DNA of 64,000 nt, taken from Promethearchaeota archaeon. Lineage in GTDB: Archaea > Asgardarchaeota > Heimdallarchaeia > Hodarchaeales > Hodarchaeaceae. Under the pieces are notes generated by a model. That model was not told the DNA's origin and did no database searches. It saw only the letters and a program-made list of their open reading frames with translations. The number at the start of each line of letters is the position of its first letter. Within the stretch, counting starts at the first letter, position 1. Shown piece by piece: positions 10,659 through 20,846 of the stretch. The stretch lies in contig JBHLMN010000027.1 in the NCBI GenBank assembly GCA_048938105.1, forward strand, positions 1 to 64,000, in the 5' to 3' direction. The translations under genes were made by a program, and so were the position numbers.

Positions 10659-13178
10659 CTAACTTGTTTCAATCATTTGTTTACTATATTTCCCGTCCCT
10701 GATTATTTTTATCCGATTCCCTTTAACTGTCCCAGTATTCTGATGTGTTATAAGGAACAGCTGATTAGTAATGTTTAAATTATCCATTTTTGATAACAAT
10801 TCTTTCCTATGTTGGATATCTAATCCATAAGTTGGTTCATCAAGTAATAAGAAGTTAGTAGATCCAGCCATTCTGGCGATGGCAAACTTAAAGGCTAACC
10901 CCAATAACAACTGATGTCCTCCCCCCTGACAAGCATGTGCAGGCACTTCTCTTCCAATATCAATAGGTTTCACATTAATTACATATCTCTTCGGATCGAT
11001 AGAGAGAGTTTGATATTCGTCCGTTATTCCTGATAACTTATCATGCATTTGTAGTGTATCTGAGGCTAGTGTGGATGTGGCATGTTCCCTTAAGTGGTGT
11101 TGAAGTTCTTTAAATCCTTTACTGACTTGTCGATACTTTTTAGCGCTTTCTTTTTTATAATATAAATTGTCTACTTCTTTATTAATTCGTGCGATTTCCT
11201 TTCTTACATTGTTTAACCTTTTCTTCAATTTATTATTGTCTTCTTCTATCCTCGATTTAGTAGATTGTGCATTTTCTATATCATTATCTGCTTTAATAAT
11301 AACAACATTGTAGGCATTCTCTAATCGATGGAATTCTTCTGATAATAATGTAAGAGATTCAACCTTCTCTAAGATTTCAGTACTAACCTTATACTTCGAT
11401 ATTGGTTTGGGCTTTATTTCTGAAAAATCGAACTCCTTAATTTGCAAATCAGGAAAAAGGTTAGAATGATTTAAATTGAATTCTTGAAATCGAGTAAAAT
11501 AAACTTGGATTTCATGAAGCAAAGTTTCATGGGTGGTGACAATATTACTCTCCAACTCTTCTATTTCAGCTATAATATCGGTAATTTTCTTTGAATATGT
11601 ATTATATTGCTTTAATTTTGATTTAATATCAGTAATTGATATTAACAGTGATTTTTGCTTGTTGAGAAGCTCTGTTTTTTTCTTCTCCTCATCTTCTAAT
11701 TGATCACTTGTTGCCTGCAATTCAGTTTCAATATCGATAAGCCTATCCAAAAAGGAATTAATCTCATTTTTCAACTTTGATTCTTTGAATCTATCAATCC
11801 TTTTTTCAAAATCCTTTTTCTGCTCACTTAAACTCTTCAATTCCCCGTCAAGCTTTTTCAGCTGTTTTTTCCAATCAGAAATTTCCATTTTAACCTGATT
11901 TTGATCAATGATCTGGCCACAGGTTTCACATCTGGCATTCTCTCCCTTAAGTAAGCTTGATCTTCGGGTTAATCTACCAGATAAATCTCCTCTCGATTCA
12001 TTTTTCTTGTTAATTTCTGTTTGGATAGAAGTAATTTCTTTTTGACTATCTTGAATTAGCTGTTCTAACTGTGGATCGATGTCTTTGGTTTCATCTATTC
12101 TAGATAATACTGTCTCGTGTAAAGGAAGTTTTTTAGTTGGAATTTCGATTGAAAGGAGTGAAATATTCCTTGAAAGTTGTCCTTTCAACGCTCCTCGAGT
12201 TTCATTAAGTTTATTCATGATTTTATGGTGATTATTAATAGTAATTGTGCATTGTTCAATTGTTTGTTGAAATTGAATATTTTCTTGGGATATCTGTTTC
12301 AATCTGGACTCTAAAGCTTCTTTACTCCCATTTGTTGAAATAAATTCCTCCAATTCTATTTGGATTGCCTTTAACCTTTCCACATCTGATTCCCAACTCC
12401 GAACATTAGTTTCAAACTGATTTTTAGCTTTAATAAGATTTGATTTCAAGTTTTCTGCTTCTGAAATACTTTCTCTGATTGTTTGTAGAACTTTATATTT
12501 CTCAGTTATTTCCTTAAGTTCATCTTGAACTTTTATAACATCCTCCTCTATCTGTGATTGATCAGTTTTTAATTTGTTCAAGGATTCTTCCAGTATAGGT
12601 AAGCTACTGATCTCTTTCTCTTTTTCAAGTGCCATTGATCGTAATTCTTCATCTGCTATTACTGCAGCCGTCACACCTAAAACAATGTCTAATTTAGATG
12701 TTCCTTTGAGAATGCTAGAGATTTCTCCTTGTCGGAACAGAATTGATGTTTCAAATAATCTTTTAGTGATCCCAGTCAGGTCAAAAATCTTTCGTGCAAG
12801 ATCCTCTTCCCGATCTTGAAAATCTGAACTACATAAATACTTTTCATCGTTGTTCTCATTAATTTCTTTTAATGTAAAGTGCCCAATGACTTTTTTCTTT
12901 GATTGAGGAGGTATTTCATGAATCCTTTGTAAGCGGTAAATTCCATCCTTCCGTCCCTTAAATTCCATTTGAACGCCCATCATCTTCTTATTTGGACTCA
13001 TCAATTCACTTGGGGTTTTAAAGCCAGTAACATTGCCAAATAAACAGTATTCCATGGCATAAAATATGGTTGTTTTTCCTACATTGTTGTTACCCTCCAA
13101 AATATTTAGGCCTTTTGTAAAACTTATTTTCTCATCTTTAAATCGGCGAAAATTTCTCAACCAGATGTTCTTGATCAT
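10659..13178 (-). CDS. Rad50/SbcC-like SMC-family ATPase with zinc hook
   Basis: Walker A GNNNVGKTT, Q-loop FRQGEI, coiled coils with central CETC, divergent signature CQGGGHQ, Walker B/D-loop LLLDEPTYGLD, H-loop ITH. Confidence 0.9.
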   Translation of the reverse strand: MIKNIWLRNFRRFKDEKISFTKGLNILEGNNNVGKTTIFYAMEYCLFGNVTGFKTPSELMSPNKKMMGVQMEFKGRKDGIYRLQRIHEIPPQSKKKVIGHFTLKEINENNDEKYLCSSDFQDREEDLARKIFDLTGITKRLFETSILFRQGEISSILKGTSKLDIVLGVTAAVIADEELRSMALEKEKEISSLPILEESLNKLKTDQSQIEEDVIKVQDELKEITEKYKVLQTIRESISEAENLKSNLIKAKNQFETNVRSWESDVERLKAIQIELEEFISTNGSKEALESRLKQISQENIQFQQTIEQCTITINNHHKIMNKLNETRGALKGQLSRNISLLSIEIPTKKLPLHETVLSRIDETKDIDPQLEQLIQDSQKEITSIQTEINKKNESRGDLSGRLTRRSSLLKGENARCETCGQIIDQNQVKMEISDWKKQLKKLDGELKSLSEQKKDFEKRIDRFKESKLKNEINSFLDRLIDIETELQATSDQLEDEEKKKTELLNKQKSLLISITDIKSKLKQYNTYSKKITDIIAEIEELESNIVTTHETLLHEIQVYFTRFQEFNLNHSNLFPDLQIKEFDFSEIKPKPISKYKVSTEILEKVESLTLLSEEFHRLENAYNVVIIKADNDIENAQSTKSRIEEDNNKLKKRLNNVRKEIARINKEVDNLYYKKESAKKYRQVSKGFKELQHHLREHATSTLASDTLQMHDKLSGITDEYQTLSIDPKRYVINVKPIDIGREVPAHACQGGGHQLLLGLAFKFAIARMAGSTNFLLLDEPTYGLDIQHRKELLSKMDNLNITNQLFLITHQNTGTVKGNRIKIIRDGKYSKQMIETS

Positions 13179-13189
13179 ATTCTATCCCT

Positions 13190-13426
13190 CTATTCAGTAA
13201 ATACGTCATCCAAAGATTTTCTACCGAAAATTTCTTCTATACGTGAATGAAGCAGATTTTTGGCACCAATGTTTAGATTTCCTGTTTTAGTAAGGTTTTG
13301 ATCATTGTCAAGCAGGAACTGAATGAAGTCAAAGATCTGGATAGCTTTCTCAGTGAGATCAGGATTACTAGCAAAAAGTTCAGTTTCATTTAGAAAGTTA
13401 AGAATAATCCGATTAGATTGGCTCAT
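13190..13426 (-). CDS. Small helical protein, first gene of the Rad50-like operon
   Basis: 78 aa; ends 11 nt before the ATPase start. Confidence 0.65.
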   Translation of the reverse strand: MSQSNRIILNFLNETELFASNPDLTEKAIQIFDFIQFLLDNDQNLTKTGNLNIGAKNLLHSRIEEIFGRKSLDDVFTE

Positions 13427-13904
13427 TTATTAACCCCTCTGGTAAATATATTACGTAATATTGTGTAAAACAGAGAAATGGAGCAATAAATTTTGTTGGC
13501 CCCGATGTAAATGTTAACTACTTCTAAAAGTCACTATGAGTTATATAATGGTTTTTTAGGCTCTCACTAAAGTAAAAATACAGAAGATATCTAATTAGAT
13601 TTAATAAAACTCTTACCGTAAAATCTTATTAAAATTGAATAAAAGCTGCAGAGATTTCCTAATTATATAAAAAAAATAAATTAAGGATGTTACCAAGATA
13701 TCAAAGATTTGTTTCCAGTACTCCTTATTATCCTCTTCTTGCAATGGTTGTGAATGTTTCTTTTATCCATCTCTTTTGACGCGTGAAATCTTAAATAAAA
13801 TTCCTTGGGCCTCTGCTGTTATCATCCCTATAAATTCAAAATTACAATCTGAAACAATTGAAATCCATATAAACAAATCTATTGGATAGACTACATAATT
13901 AAAT

Positions 13905-15698
13905 TTGTCTTCCAGGAGAAAGAACATGTTAAGCCTTGAACGAACTCATATTCTTCCTGAAAAAGATCTTCCTGATATAAATGAGTTATTAGAGGAGGGA
14001 AAGCATTTGAGTCATGAAGTTACCATTGGTTCTTGTCCTTTTTTAACCACATATGATGTGAAGTCTGAGAATGAGTATAAACGCCAGCGAGCAGCTGAAG
14101 GTACAATTATGCTTCATGGACAGATTGGATATCGAAGTCTTACGAAGAGTAAATCGGCTTACTCTAAGATTTATGAACAAATCGAAGCTGCTGGTTATAG
14201 AATAGATCGATATGGAATATGTCTAGATTGGAGTATGGGGTATCCTGCTGCTCTTCGAGCAAATATGCCTCAAGGAACTGGTTTAATACTTGGAAAACCT
14301 GAAGATTTCATAGATCTAACCCATTCTGCACCTGTTGCTCCTCATTTTGGAGATTTCGTCATTGGAACACCTGCAGCAGTTGAGAACACAGTAAACGCCC
14401 TAAAAGCTGGCTCAACAAGCATTGGTAACATTGGTCAATATTTTACCTTCCGCTTACCGAAATGGCACGATGATGTTAGAACAACAGCTGAAACTGTAAA
14501 GGCCATGGTTCTTTGTGCCAATCAACCAGTTGACATTCTGATCCATTCAAATTTAGATGACGGATTTGCTGCTTTATTTTACGACATGTCTTGTAGTATT
14601 GGAGCAGTGCTAATAGAGAAGTACATTATTGAGGATTTAATCGGTGGGCTAGTTTCGCATTGTTATGGCCACACGTTCTCTGATCCTCTGACTCGATTAG
14701 CGTTCCAACGAGCTTTGGCTCGGGTAACAAAAACCCCTGGAAGTATGATTTATGGTAATACAACTATTTATGTTGCTGGGGAAGTGGAAAATTACGCCAA
14801 TCTTGCCAGTTATCTATTGGTTGATATCATCGCTCAAAATGACCTACCAACAGGTCATGGACTCAATCCTGTTCCCGTTACAGAAGCAATGAGGATACCT
14901 GAAATCGATGAGATTGTGAATGCTCATCTCTTCGCTAACAGATTAATCCGCAGAGCTGAAGGTTTTAAGCACCTATTTGCCATTGATATGGCAGATACCA
15001 CTGCAGAAATGCTGGTTAAAGCAGGTCAGCGTTTCAAAGAACGTGTCCTAAATGGTTTCAAGGAAGCTGGAATCGACATCAACAATCCTTTCGAAATACT
15101 TCTAGCAATCCGTCGAATTGGAGCTAAACAATTAGAGGAATTATTTGGTCCAGGAAAGCCTCATGAAACTTCTTTACGAAAACGAATACCTGTTGTTCAG
15201 GCTACTCCTATAGCTGAACTTGAAACAAAAAGTAGAAGGATAATCACCTCATTTGATCCCTCTGACCGAATAAAATTACAACAAACTATATCTGGAATAT
15301 GTGTTGCTTGTACTGATGTGCATGAATACGGAAAAATCCTTCTGGAACAAGTAATGAAACTATTAGGACTTGAAGTAATTGATGCTGGAGTCAGCGTTGA
15401 TCCAGATGTTGTAGCTAAATGTGCCAAGGCAAATAAAGCCCAATATATTGCTATCAGCACCTACAACGGTATAGCTCTATCCTATCTTCAATCATTATAT
15501 CAAGAGATGAAACGAATTGATTTTGATATACCCATATTCATTGGTGGAAAACTTAACCAGATCCCAGAGGACAGCCCAACAAGCCTTCCTGTTGATGTAA
15601 CTGATGAACTGAGAGCCATGGGTGCTGTAGTCTGTCATCGAATCGAAGATATGTTAGAAAGCCTTCTGAAAAATCAAAGGAGACTAAAAAATGATTAA
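13905..15698 (+). CDS. Cobalamin-dependent mutase-like protein (2-methyleneglutarate mutase-like)
   Basis: C-terminal B12-binding domain DVHEYG...ISTYNG...FIGG. VPVTE..RIP..DEI and F.EAGID..NP segments resemble Mgm as I recall it. Confidence 0.7.
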   Translation: MSSRRKNMLSLERTHILPEKDLPDINELLEEGKHLSHEVTIGSCPFLTTYDVKSENEYKRQRAAEGTIMLHGQIGYRSLTKSKSAYSKIYEQIEAAGYRIDRYGICLDWSMGYPAALRANMPQGTGLILGKPEDFIDLTHSAPVAPHFGDFVIGTPAAVENTVNALKAGSTSIGNIGQYFTFRLPKWHDDVRTTAETVKAMVLCANQPVDILIHSNLDDGFAALFYDMSCSIGAVLIEKYIIEDLIGGLVSHCYGHTFSDPLTRLAFQRALARVTKTPGSMIYGNTTIYVAGEVENYANLASYLLVDIIAQNDLPTGHGLNPVPVTEAMRIPEIDEIVNAHLFANRLIRRAEGFKHLFAIDMADTTAEMLVKAGQRFKERVLNGFKEAGIDINNPFEILLAIRRIGAKQLEELFGPGKPHETSLRKRIPVVQATPIAELETKSRRIITSFDPSDRIKLQQTISGICVACTDVHEYGKILLEQVMKLLGLEVIDAGVSVDPDVVAKCAKANKAQYIAISTYNGIALSYLQSLYQEMKRIDFDIPIFIGGKLNQIPEDSPTSLPVDVTDELRAMGAVVCHRIEDMLESLLKNQRRLKND

Positions 15699-16464
15699 AA
15701 AGGTCGGAATCATTGGGATTGGTCATCTGGCTAGCTATTTAGTTAAAGGTTTAAGGAAAGCATCAACAGATATTGAGATTATTCTCTCACCTCGTAATGT
15801 AGAGAAGTCAGCAAGCTTAGCATCTCAGTTTAGAGCAATAGTTACGAAAAGTAATCAAATGGTTGCGGATACATCGGATATAATTATCTTAACCACTCGT
15901 CCTGAAGATACTGTAGTCGTAGCTAAAGAAACTGATTTCAAACCTAATCATATAGTGATCTCTGTAGCTGCTGGCTTATCACTCGAAACATTGAAACCTG
16001 TAACAATCCCAGCCACAATAGTTCGAGCAATGCCGATATCGTGTGCTGCTATCAATGAAAGTCCAACATTATTATTCCCTGATAATCTTCGTGCTCAAGA
16101 ATTATTAGCTCTTTTGGGCCAAGTTCATATCTTACCAGATGAATCAAGTTTTACTTCTGCTAGTGTCATTGGGGCTTTTTATGGATGGATCTATGCATTA
16201 TTAGAGGAAATAATTTCGTGGACAACTCAGATTGGAGTGCCTCAACATACTGCTCGCAATTTGATTCTTGAAACAGTACGAGGAGCAGTGAATATGGCAT
16301 TAATTGAACCAAAAACTGATTTAAATGTAATATTGGAAAGTTTAACGACTCCAGGAGGTATTACTAAACAAGGGTTGGATGTTTTGTACCAAAAGAAGGG
16401 ATTGGAAGCTTGGATTGAAGCTCTTAATACTGTATATAAGCGATTGAGTGTAAAAAAAGAATGA
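15691..16464 (+). CDS. Pyrroline-5-carboxylate reductase-like NAD(P)-dependent oxidoreductase
   Basis: GIIGIGHLA, ISVAAG, VRAMP, TTPGGIT.QG motifs; overlaps the upstream stop. Confidence 0.85.
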   Translation: MIKKVGIIGIGHLASYLVKGLRKASTDIEIILSPRNVEKSASLASQFRAIVTKSNQMVADTSDIIILTTRPEDTVVVAKETDFKPNHIVISVAAGLSLETLKPVTIPATIVRAMPISCAAINESPTLLFPDNLRAQELLALLGQVHILPDESSFTSASVIGAFYGWIYALLEEIISWTTQIGVPQHTARNLILETVRGAVNMALIEPKTDLNVILESLTTPGGITKQGLDVLYQKKGLEAWIEALNTVYKRLSVKKE

Positions 16465-16473
16465 AAAAGGGAT

Positions 16474-17808
16474 CTAGGTCAAGATCCCCTCACGCTCAAA
16501 GACTTTAGAGGCGATAAACAGACAGATCAGAATCACTACAATCAAGTAGCCAAAGTGGAGCACTAGATCCATAGCAATTCCTCCACCAGGTAAGCCACGA
16601 GTTAAGGCACTGGAAGCATATGTCTGGGGATATAATCCCTTGGAAAGAATAGCAATCGAATGAGCCCAAGGAATGATATAGAGAATGATTCCTGCGCCAC
16701 CAAAAGCTCGCTCTGGGATACCCCCAAACATACCAAGAAAACCCACCCCAAGAGCTGGAACCATCATGAGCATGTTATACATAGATTCAGCAGAACGCAC
16801 ATCTTTAGTCAAGCTAGCCACTGAAATACCTATGCCGATGGCAACAAACGCAGAAAGAAACATCATTGAAACAACCAGGATTAGCATGATTGGCGAAGGT
16901 TCGATTGCAAAAATAGTGGAATATTCCTCAGCACCAATAGTCCCTGCAGCAGCATCAATCATTGCTGTGAATAGGAACAATCCAAAAATATTCATTATTG
17001 CAAAAATCCCAATAAGAGCCATACCAGCGAGAAGCTTTGAGAAAAGAATATTAAAACGAGAAATTGGTAAAGCAAGGAGGGACTCCATAGTCTTCTTTTC
17101 TCTTTCCCCAGCAAAAGACGTCGATACGAACGGTGCTGGCGCTAAAACTGCCACCATGATTGATATCATACCAATAAAACCGATTCCAAACCCAGTTGCA
17201 GCACCTTCTTCCTTTGAGAAAACAACTGGTGAGGAGACAAAACCTACGACTTTATGATATTCCACAATATTGAATTGAGAAACTATCGACCAAACACCAG
17301 CTTCAAGCATAGAAGATCCAAGTATTCCACCTGGGAGAGAGTATAACTCTACCACAGGAGGAATATCACCCTCTGTTGCATTATAGTTCAAATATACTTG
17401 TGTAAAGTTTTTAGGAATGATAATACACGGAGTATAATCACTGGCTGTTTCAGAACTATGAATATTCTCTATTAAGCTTGGATAAGGCAAATCCGCATAC
17501 TTGGTGTCGTTGATTGTTGCTCCGTAAAGAATAGAGTTATTGGTTTGTGTAGCATTTACGAGTCTGTCAAGAAATACATCTCCGAGATTGAGATCGTATG
17601 TTTCATTCCCCTCATCATAATTAACAAAATATATTGTCACCCCTTCTTGAGAGGAGCCCATTACAAACCCCATAAGCATTTGGACTCCACCCTGTAATCC
17701 CCACATGAAAATAGGCATCAAAATGAACGTGAAAATCACATACCGAGTTCGTCGAGCACTTTGAAGTTCCTGTTTTACCAATGCCATTATTTGTTTAACT
17801 GTACTCAT
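16474..17808 (-). CDS. ABC-2 type exporter permease (NatB-like)
   Basis: AGEREKKTMESLLALPISR...SK motif, large extracellular loop, about 6 TMs. Confidence 0.9.
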   Translation of the reverse strand: MSTVKQIMALVKQELQSARRTRYVIFTFILMPIFMWGLQGGVQMLMGFVMGSSQEGVTIYFVNYDEGNETYDLNLGDVFLDRLVNATQTNNSILYGATINDTKYADLPYPSLIENIHSSETASDYTPCIIIPKNFTQVYLNYNATEGDIPPVVELYSLPGGILGSSMLEAGVWSIVSQFNIVEYHKVVGFVSSPVVFSKEEGAATGFGIGFIGMISIMVAVLAPAPFVSTSFAGEREKKTMESLLALPISRFNILFSKLLAGMALIGIFAIMNIFGLFLFTAMIDAAAGTIGAEEYSTIFAIEPSPIMLILVVSMMFLSAFVAIGIGISVASLTKDVRSAESMYNMLMMVPALGVGFLGMFGGIPERAFGGAGIILYIIPWAHSIAILSKGLYPQTYASSALTRGLPGGGIAMDLVLHFGYLIVVILICLFIASKVFEREGILT

Positions 17809-17812
17809 TTCA

Positions 17813-18631
17813 TCACCTTCGTCTTAAAATGCGAGAGATTAATCCTCGCTTTGGCTTCATTGAGTCTAAATCCTCTTCTAAAACGCCTTCTCCTGTTGTT
17901 AAACCAATGAAAACGTCCTCCAGATGAGCTTTTGTGAATTGTTCCTCAAGCTCATCGGGAGTGCCAATCGCGGCGAGCTTTCCTTTTACCAAAATCCCAA
18001 CACGCTCACATAGCTCTTCAACCTCCGATAAATCATGGGTAGTCAGGATTACCGTCTTATGAAGTTCTTTGGCCAGTTTTTTAATTAGGTTCCGTACCGT
18101 ACGAGCACCAAGGATATCAATACCAGTAGTGGGTTCGTCCAGAAAAATTAAATCAGGATCCATCACCAGGGCGCGAGCAACCAGAACTTTTCGTTTCATC
18201 CCACCAGAAAATTCCTTGGTAATATCGTTTTCACGACCCCGAAGACCAATCATGTCAATTAATTCCTCAGTGCGTCTGCGGACTTCTCCATTAGGTACAT
18301 TGCCATAAATTTGACCGTAATACATAATGTTCTCTTTTGCAGTTAAATTTTCGTAAACATCTGCCTCTTGCGGTAGAAGACTTGCTTTCTTTCTGATCTC
18401 CATAATGTCTTTCTTAATATCGAACGGGCCAAGACCATCATATTGGATACGGGCAGTCCCAGAGGTTGGTTTAATCAACCCAATCAGCAGACGAATGAGT
18501 GTTGTTTTTCCTGCTCCGTTAGGCCCTAATAAACCAAAAACCTCTCCCTTTCTAATTGTTAAGGAGACATTATCGAGAGCAATGTTGTCTTTAAACCGTT
18601 TTGTTAAATTCTCGATTTCAATGATATTCAA
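17813..18631 (-). CDS. ABC transporter ATP-binding protein
   Basis: GPNGAGKTT, FSGGMKR, FLDEPT, TTH. Confidence 0.95.
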   Translation of the reverse strand: MNIIEIENLTKRFKDNIALDNVSLTIRKGEVFGLLGPNGAGKTTLIRLLIGLIKPTSGTARIQYDGLGPFDIKKDIMEIRKKASLLPQEADVYENLTAKENIMYYGQIYGNVPNGEVRRRTEELIDMIGLRGRENDITKEFSGGMKRKVLVARALVMDPDLIFLDEPTTGIDILGARTVRNLIKKLAKELHKTVILTTHDLSEVEELCERVGILVKGKLAAIGTPDELEEQFTKAHLEDVFIGLTTGEGVLEEDLDSMKPKRGLISRILRRR

Positions 18632-18804
18632 ATATTATGTCACTCCATTTGTTTCTCTAAAATTTATTGCTTCTGTCTTTTTCTTTAGTTTTCTATGTTT
18701 TTATATCATTTAAACTCATTTACCAGTCATAATTTCTGAGTTCGGCTTTTACACATAATCTTTTTAAACAGATTTAATGCGGAAGTTCAGTAAGATAAGG
18801 AGAA

Positions 18805-19479
18805 CTAATTGGAAATAATCCTCTTAATCTCCCGTAGTTCATTTAACAATTCTTTATGGAATCCTAGTCTTACTGTTGGTGGGGTAGTAGGTTCAACTTC
18901 AGTTGTAGTTACGTATTGCCCACGAAACTGACGAAGCATTTCTAAAATGAAATCTCTGACTTCTATGAAGTTTCTAATTCCCTCAATCTTAGCTTCGGGA
19001 CCCATTTGCTGGCCAGACTTTCCAGCAGTTTCAAGTTCACAAGTACCAATACCAAAAAGCCGATCATAGATACCGTACCTAGAGCTTACATTTGTGATTG
19101 TACGGAATGGAATGTGTTTTACCTCTTTATTGAGAACACCCTTTTTGAGAATGACTTCATTATCTAAAATAACAAATTCCATAGTCCGTACGTAATAATC
19201 TATCAGAAAGAAAAGAATGGGTATAATACAGAACCAAATGAAAAAATACACAATCACAAGTCCAGGCCAATTAGCTGAAATCCACTGGCCAAGATCATCA
19301 CCAGAGGAATCACTATCAAATCCACCCACAAATGCTATAAATGAACCAAGACCAAAGATAGCTGCTGTAATAACAATGAATGCGGTTATTACATACAGAA
19401 AAAATTTACTTCGGAGCGCGGTTAGCGGATAGAAGGGTTTTCCTTTCACGATTTCTTCCAAATACAACATATAAATCAC
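18805..19479 (-). CDS. Membrane protein with bacterial PH domain (bPH_2/YdbS-like)
   Basis: Two TMs, then KKGVLNK..KHIPFRTITNV...DRLFGIGT.ELETAG; C-terminal amphipathic helix. Confidence 0.85.
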   Translation of the reverse strand: MIYMLYLEEIVKGKPFYPLTALRSKFFLYVITAFIVITAAIFGLGSFIAFVGGFDSDSSGDDLGQWISANWPGLVIVYFFIWFCIIPILFFLIDYYVRTMEFVILDNEVILKKGVLNKEVKHIPFRTITNVSSRYGIYDRLFGIGTCELETAGKSGQQMGPEAKIEGIRNFIEVRDFILEMLRQFRGQYVTTTEVEPTTPPTVRLGFHKELLNELREIKRIISN

Positions 19480-20154
19480 CTATTTCTTTAAGAGGACTTC
19501 TTTAATTTGTCTTAATTCCTCTAGTACTTCTTTCTGAAGGGCAACATCTCCAATTGCTTCCTCATATTGAGTGGGGTGTTCAACCTCAGTTGTAGTCGCG
19601 TATTGCCCTCGGAATCTTCTCAGCTCACTCAAGACAACATCTCGTACTTCTCTAAAATTACGAATCCCTTCAATTTTTTCTTCAGGCCCAGTTTGTTGTC
19701 CTGATTTACCAGCAGTCTCAATTTCACAAGTACCAATACCAAAAAGTCGATCATAAATCCCATAACGAGAACTGACATTTGTGATTGTTCTAAAGGGGAC
19801 ATGTTTTATGGTCTTGTTTATAATTCCCTTCTTAACGATGACTTCGGTGTCTTCAATGATATATTCAATATTTCGTACATAATAGATGACTAAGATAGCT
19901 GCAAGAAGCATCAAGATGACACTAATGATAAGATACCAAGATATTAATTCTTGACTATAATCTGTCAACCATTTTCCAAAACCATCACTAGAGGGTTCAT
20001 CATCTAGACTTACAAAAAAGATAATCATTCCTCCAAAAGCAATAATAATCCCTGTTACAACAATGAAGGTTGTTATTATATACAGGAATAGTTTATTCCT
20101 GAACGCAGATACAGGATAGAATGGTTTTTCTTTTTGAATCCTATTTAATTGCAT
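19480..20154 (-). CDS. Membrane protein with bacterial PH domain (bPH_2/YdbS-like)
   Basis: Close paralogue of 18805-19479. Confidence 0.85.
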   Translation of the reverse strand: MQLNRIQKEKPFYPVSAFRNKLFLYIITTFIVVTGIIIAFGGMIIFFVSLDDEPSSDGFGKWLTDYSQELISWYLIISVILMLLAAILVIYYVRNIEYIIEDTEVIVKKGIINKTIKHVPFRTITNVSSRYGIYDRLFGIGTCEIETAGKSGQQTGPEEKIEGIRNFREVRDVVLSELRRFRGQYATTTEVEHPTQYEEAIGDVALQKEVLEELRQIKEVLLKK

Positions 20155-20165
20155 TTTTTACTCAC

Positions 20166-20846
20166 TTACATCTTCTTATTTTTTAATAACTGTTTAATTG
20201 CTTTCAATTCGTTGATCATCTCCCTCTGAATCGTGGTTAGATCTGTTTCGTTATGATTAGGGACTTCTCTTCCCGAGATAACTGAATGATAGATTCGAAG
20301 CTGTCTTAAGATATAATCACGGATTTCATGATATAAGGGTAAGCCCTCTAATTTTTCCTCAGGGCCAGTTGCTCCACCTTTACCTGCAGTTTGAACATTA
20401 ACGCAACCTATACCAAAAAGTCGATCCAAAGGTCCAGCAGTCGTTGAAATATTAGTAACAGTGCGATAAGGGCAGTACTTAACAGTCTTGTTGATCAACC
20501 CTTTCTTAACAATTACCTCATTACCATGCACAATAAACTCCATTCTATTCACGTACAAAGGTAACATAATTATCGAAGGGAGTATAATTGCAATACTTAC
20601 AACCCAGTAAATTATTGTAAATACATTTTGGAAATTCGCTGGTCTAGGTTCTTCTGCAACGAACTCTATAAACCACCCCAATAACACAAACCCTAGACTC
20701 ACGCTAATCCAAACAAGGAATACTGTGAGATAATATTTCCATAGAAGAGCTCGTGTTGGATAGATTCGTCGGACTTCGGGTGTTGGAAATGTTCCTTCTC
20801 CTTTTATTATTTTAACTTGAGATTTTTGATTCATGATATTAGTCAC
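20166..20846 (-). CDS. Membrane protein with bacterial PH domain (bPH_2/YdbS-like)
   Basis: KKGLINK...PYRTVTNI...GPLDRLFGIG.V.VQTAG. Confidence 0.85.
   Translation of the reverse strand: MTNIMNQKSQVKIIKGEGTFPTPEVRRIYPTRALLWKYYLTVFLVWISVSLGFVLLGWFIEFVAEEPRPANFQNVFTIIYWVVSIAIILPSIIMLPLYVNRMEFIVHGNEVIVKKGLINKTVKYCPYRTVTNISTTAGPLDRLFGIGCVNVQTAGKGGATGPEEKLEGLPLYHEIRDYILRQLRIYHSVISGREVPNHNETDLTTIQREMINELKAIKQLLKNKKM

Noticed and set aside
10659-13178. Canonical SMC/condensin or Wadjet JetC
   Set aside because: It has a central CxxC hook rather than a hinge, is too short, and has no recognisable kleisin, KITE or JetD neighbour.
13427-13904. Long intergenic gap as RNA gene or cobalamin riboswitch
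   Set aside because: AT-rich, with no convincing stems or B12-box; at most a small gene remnant.
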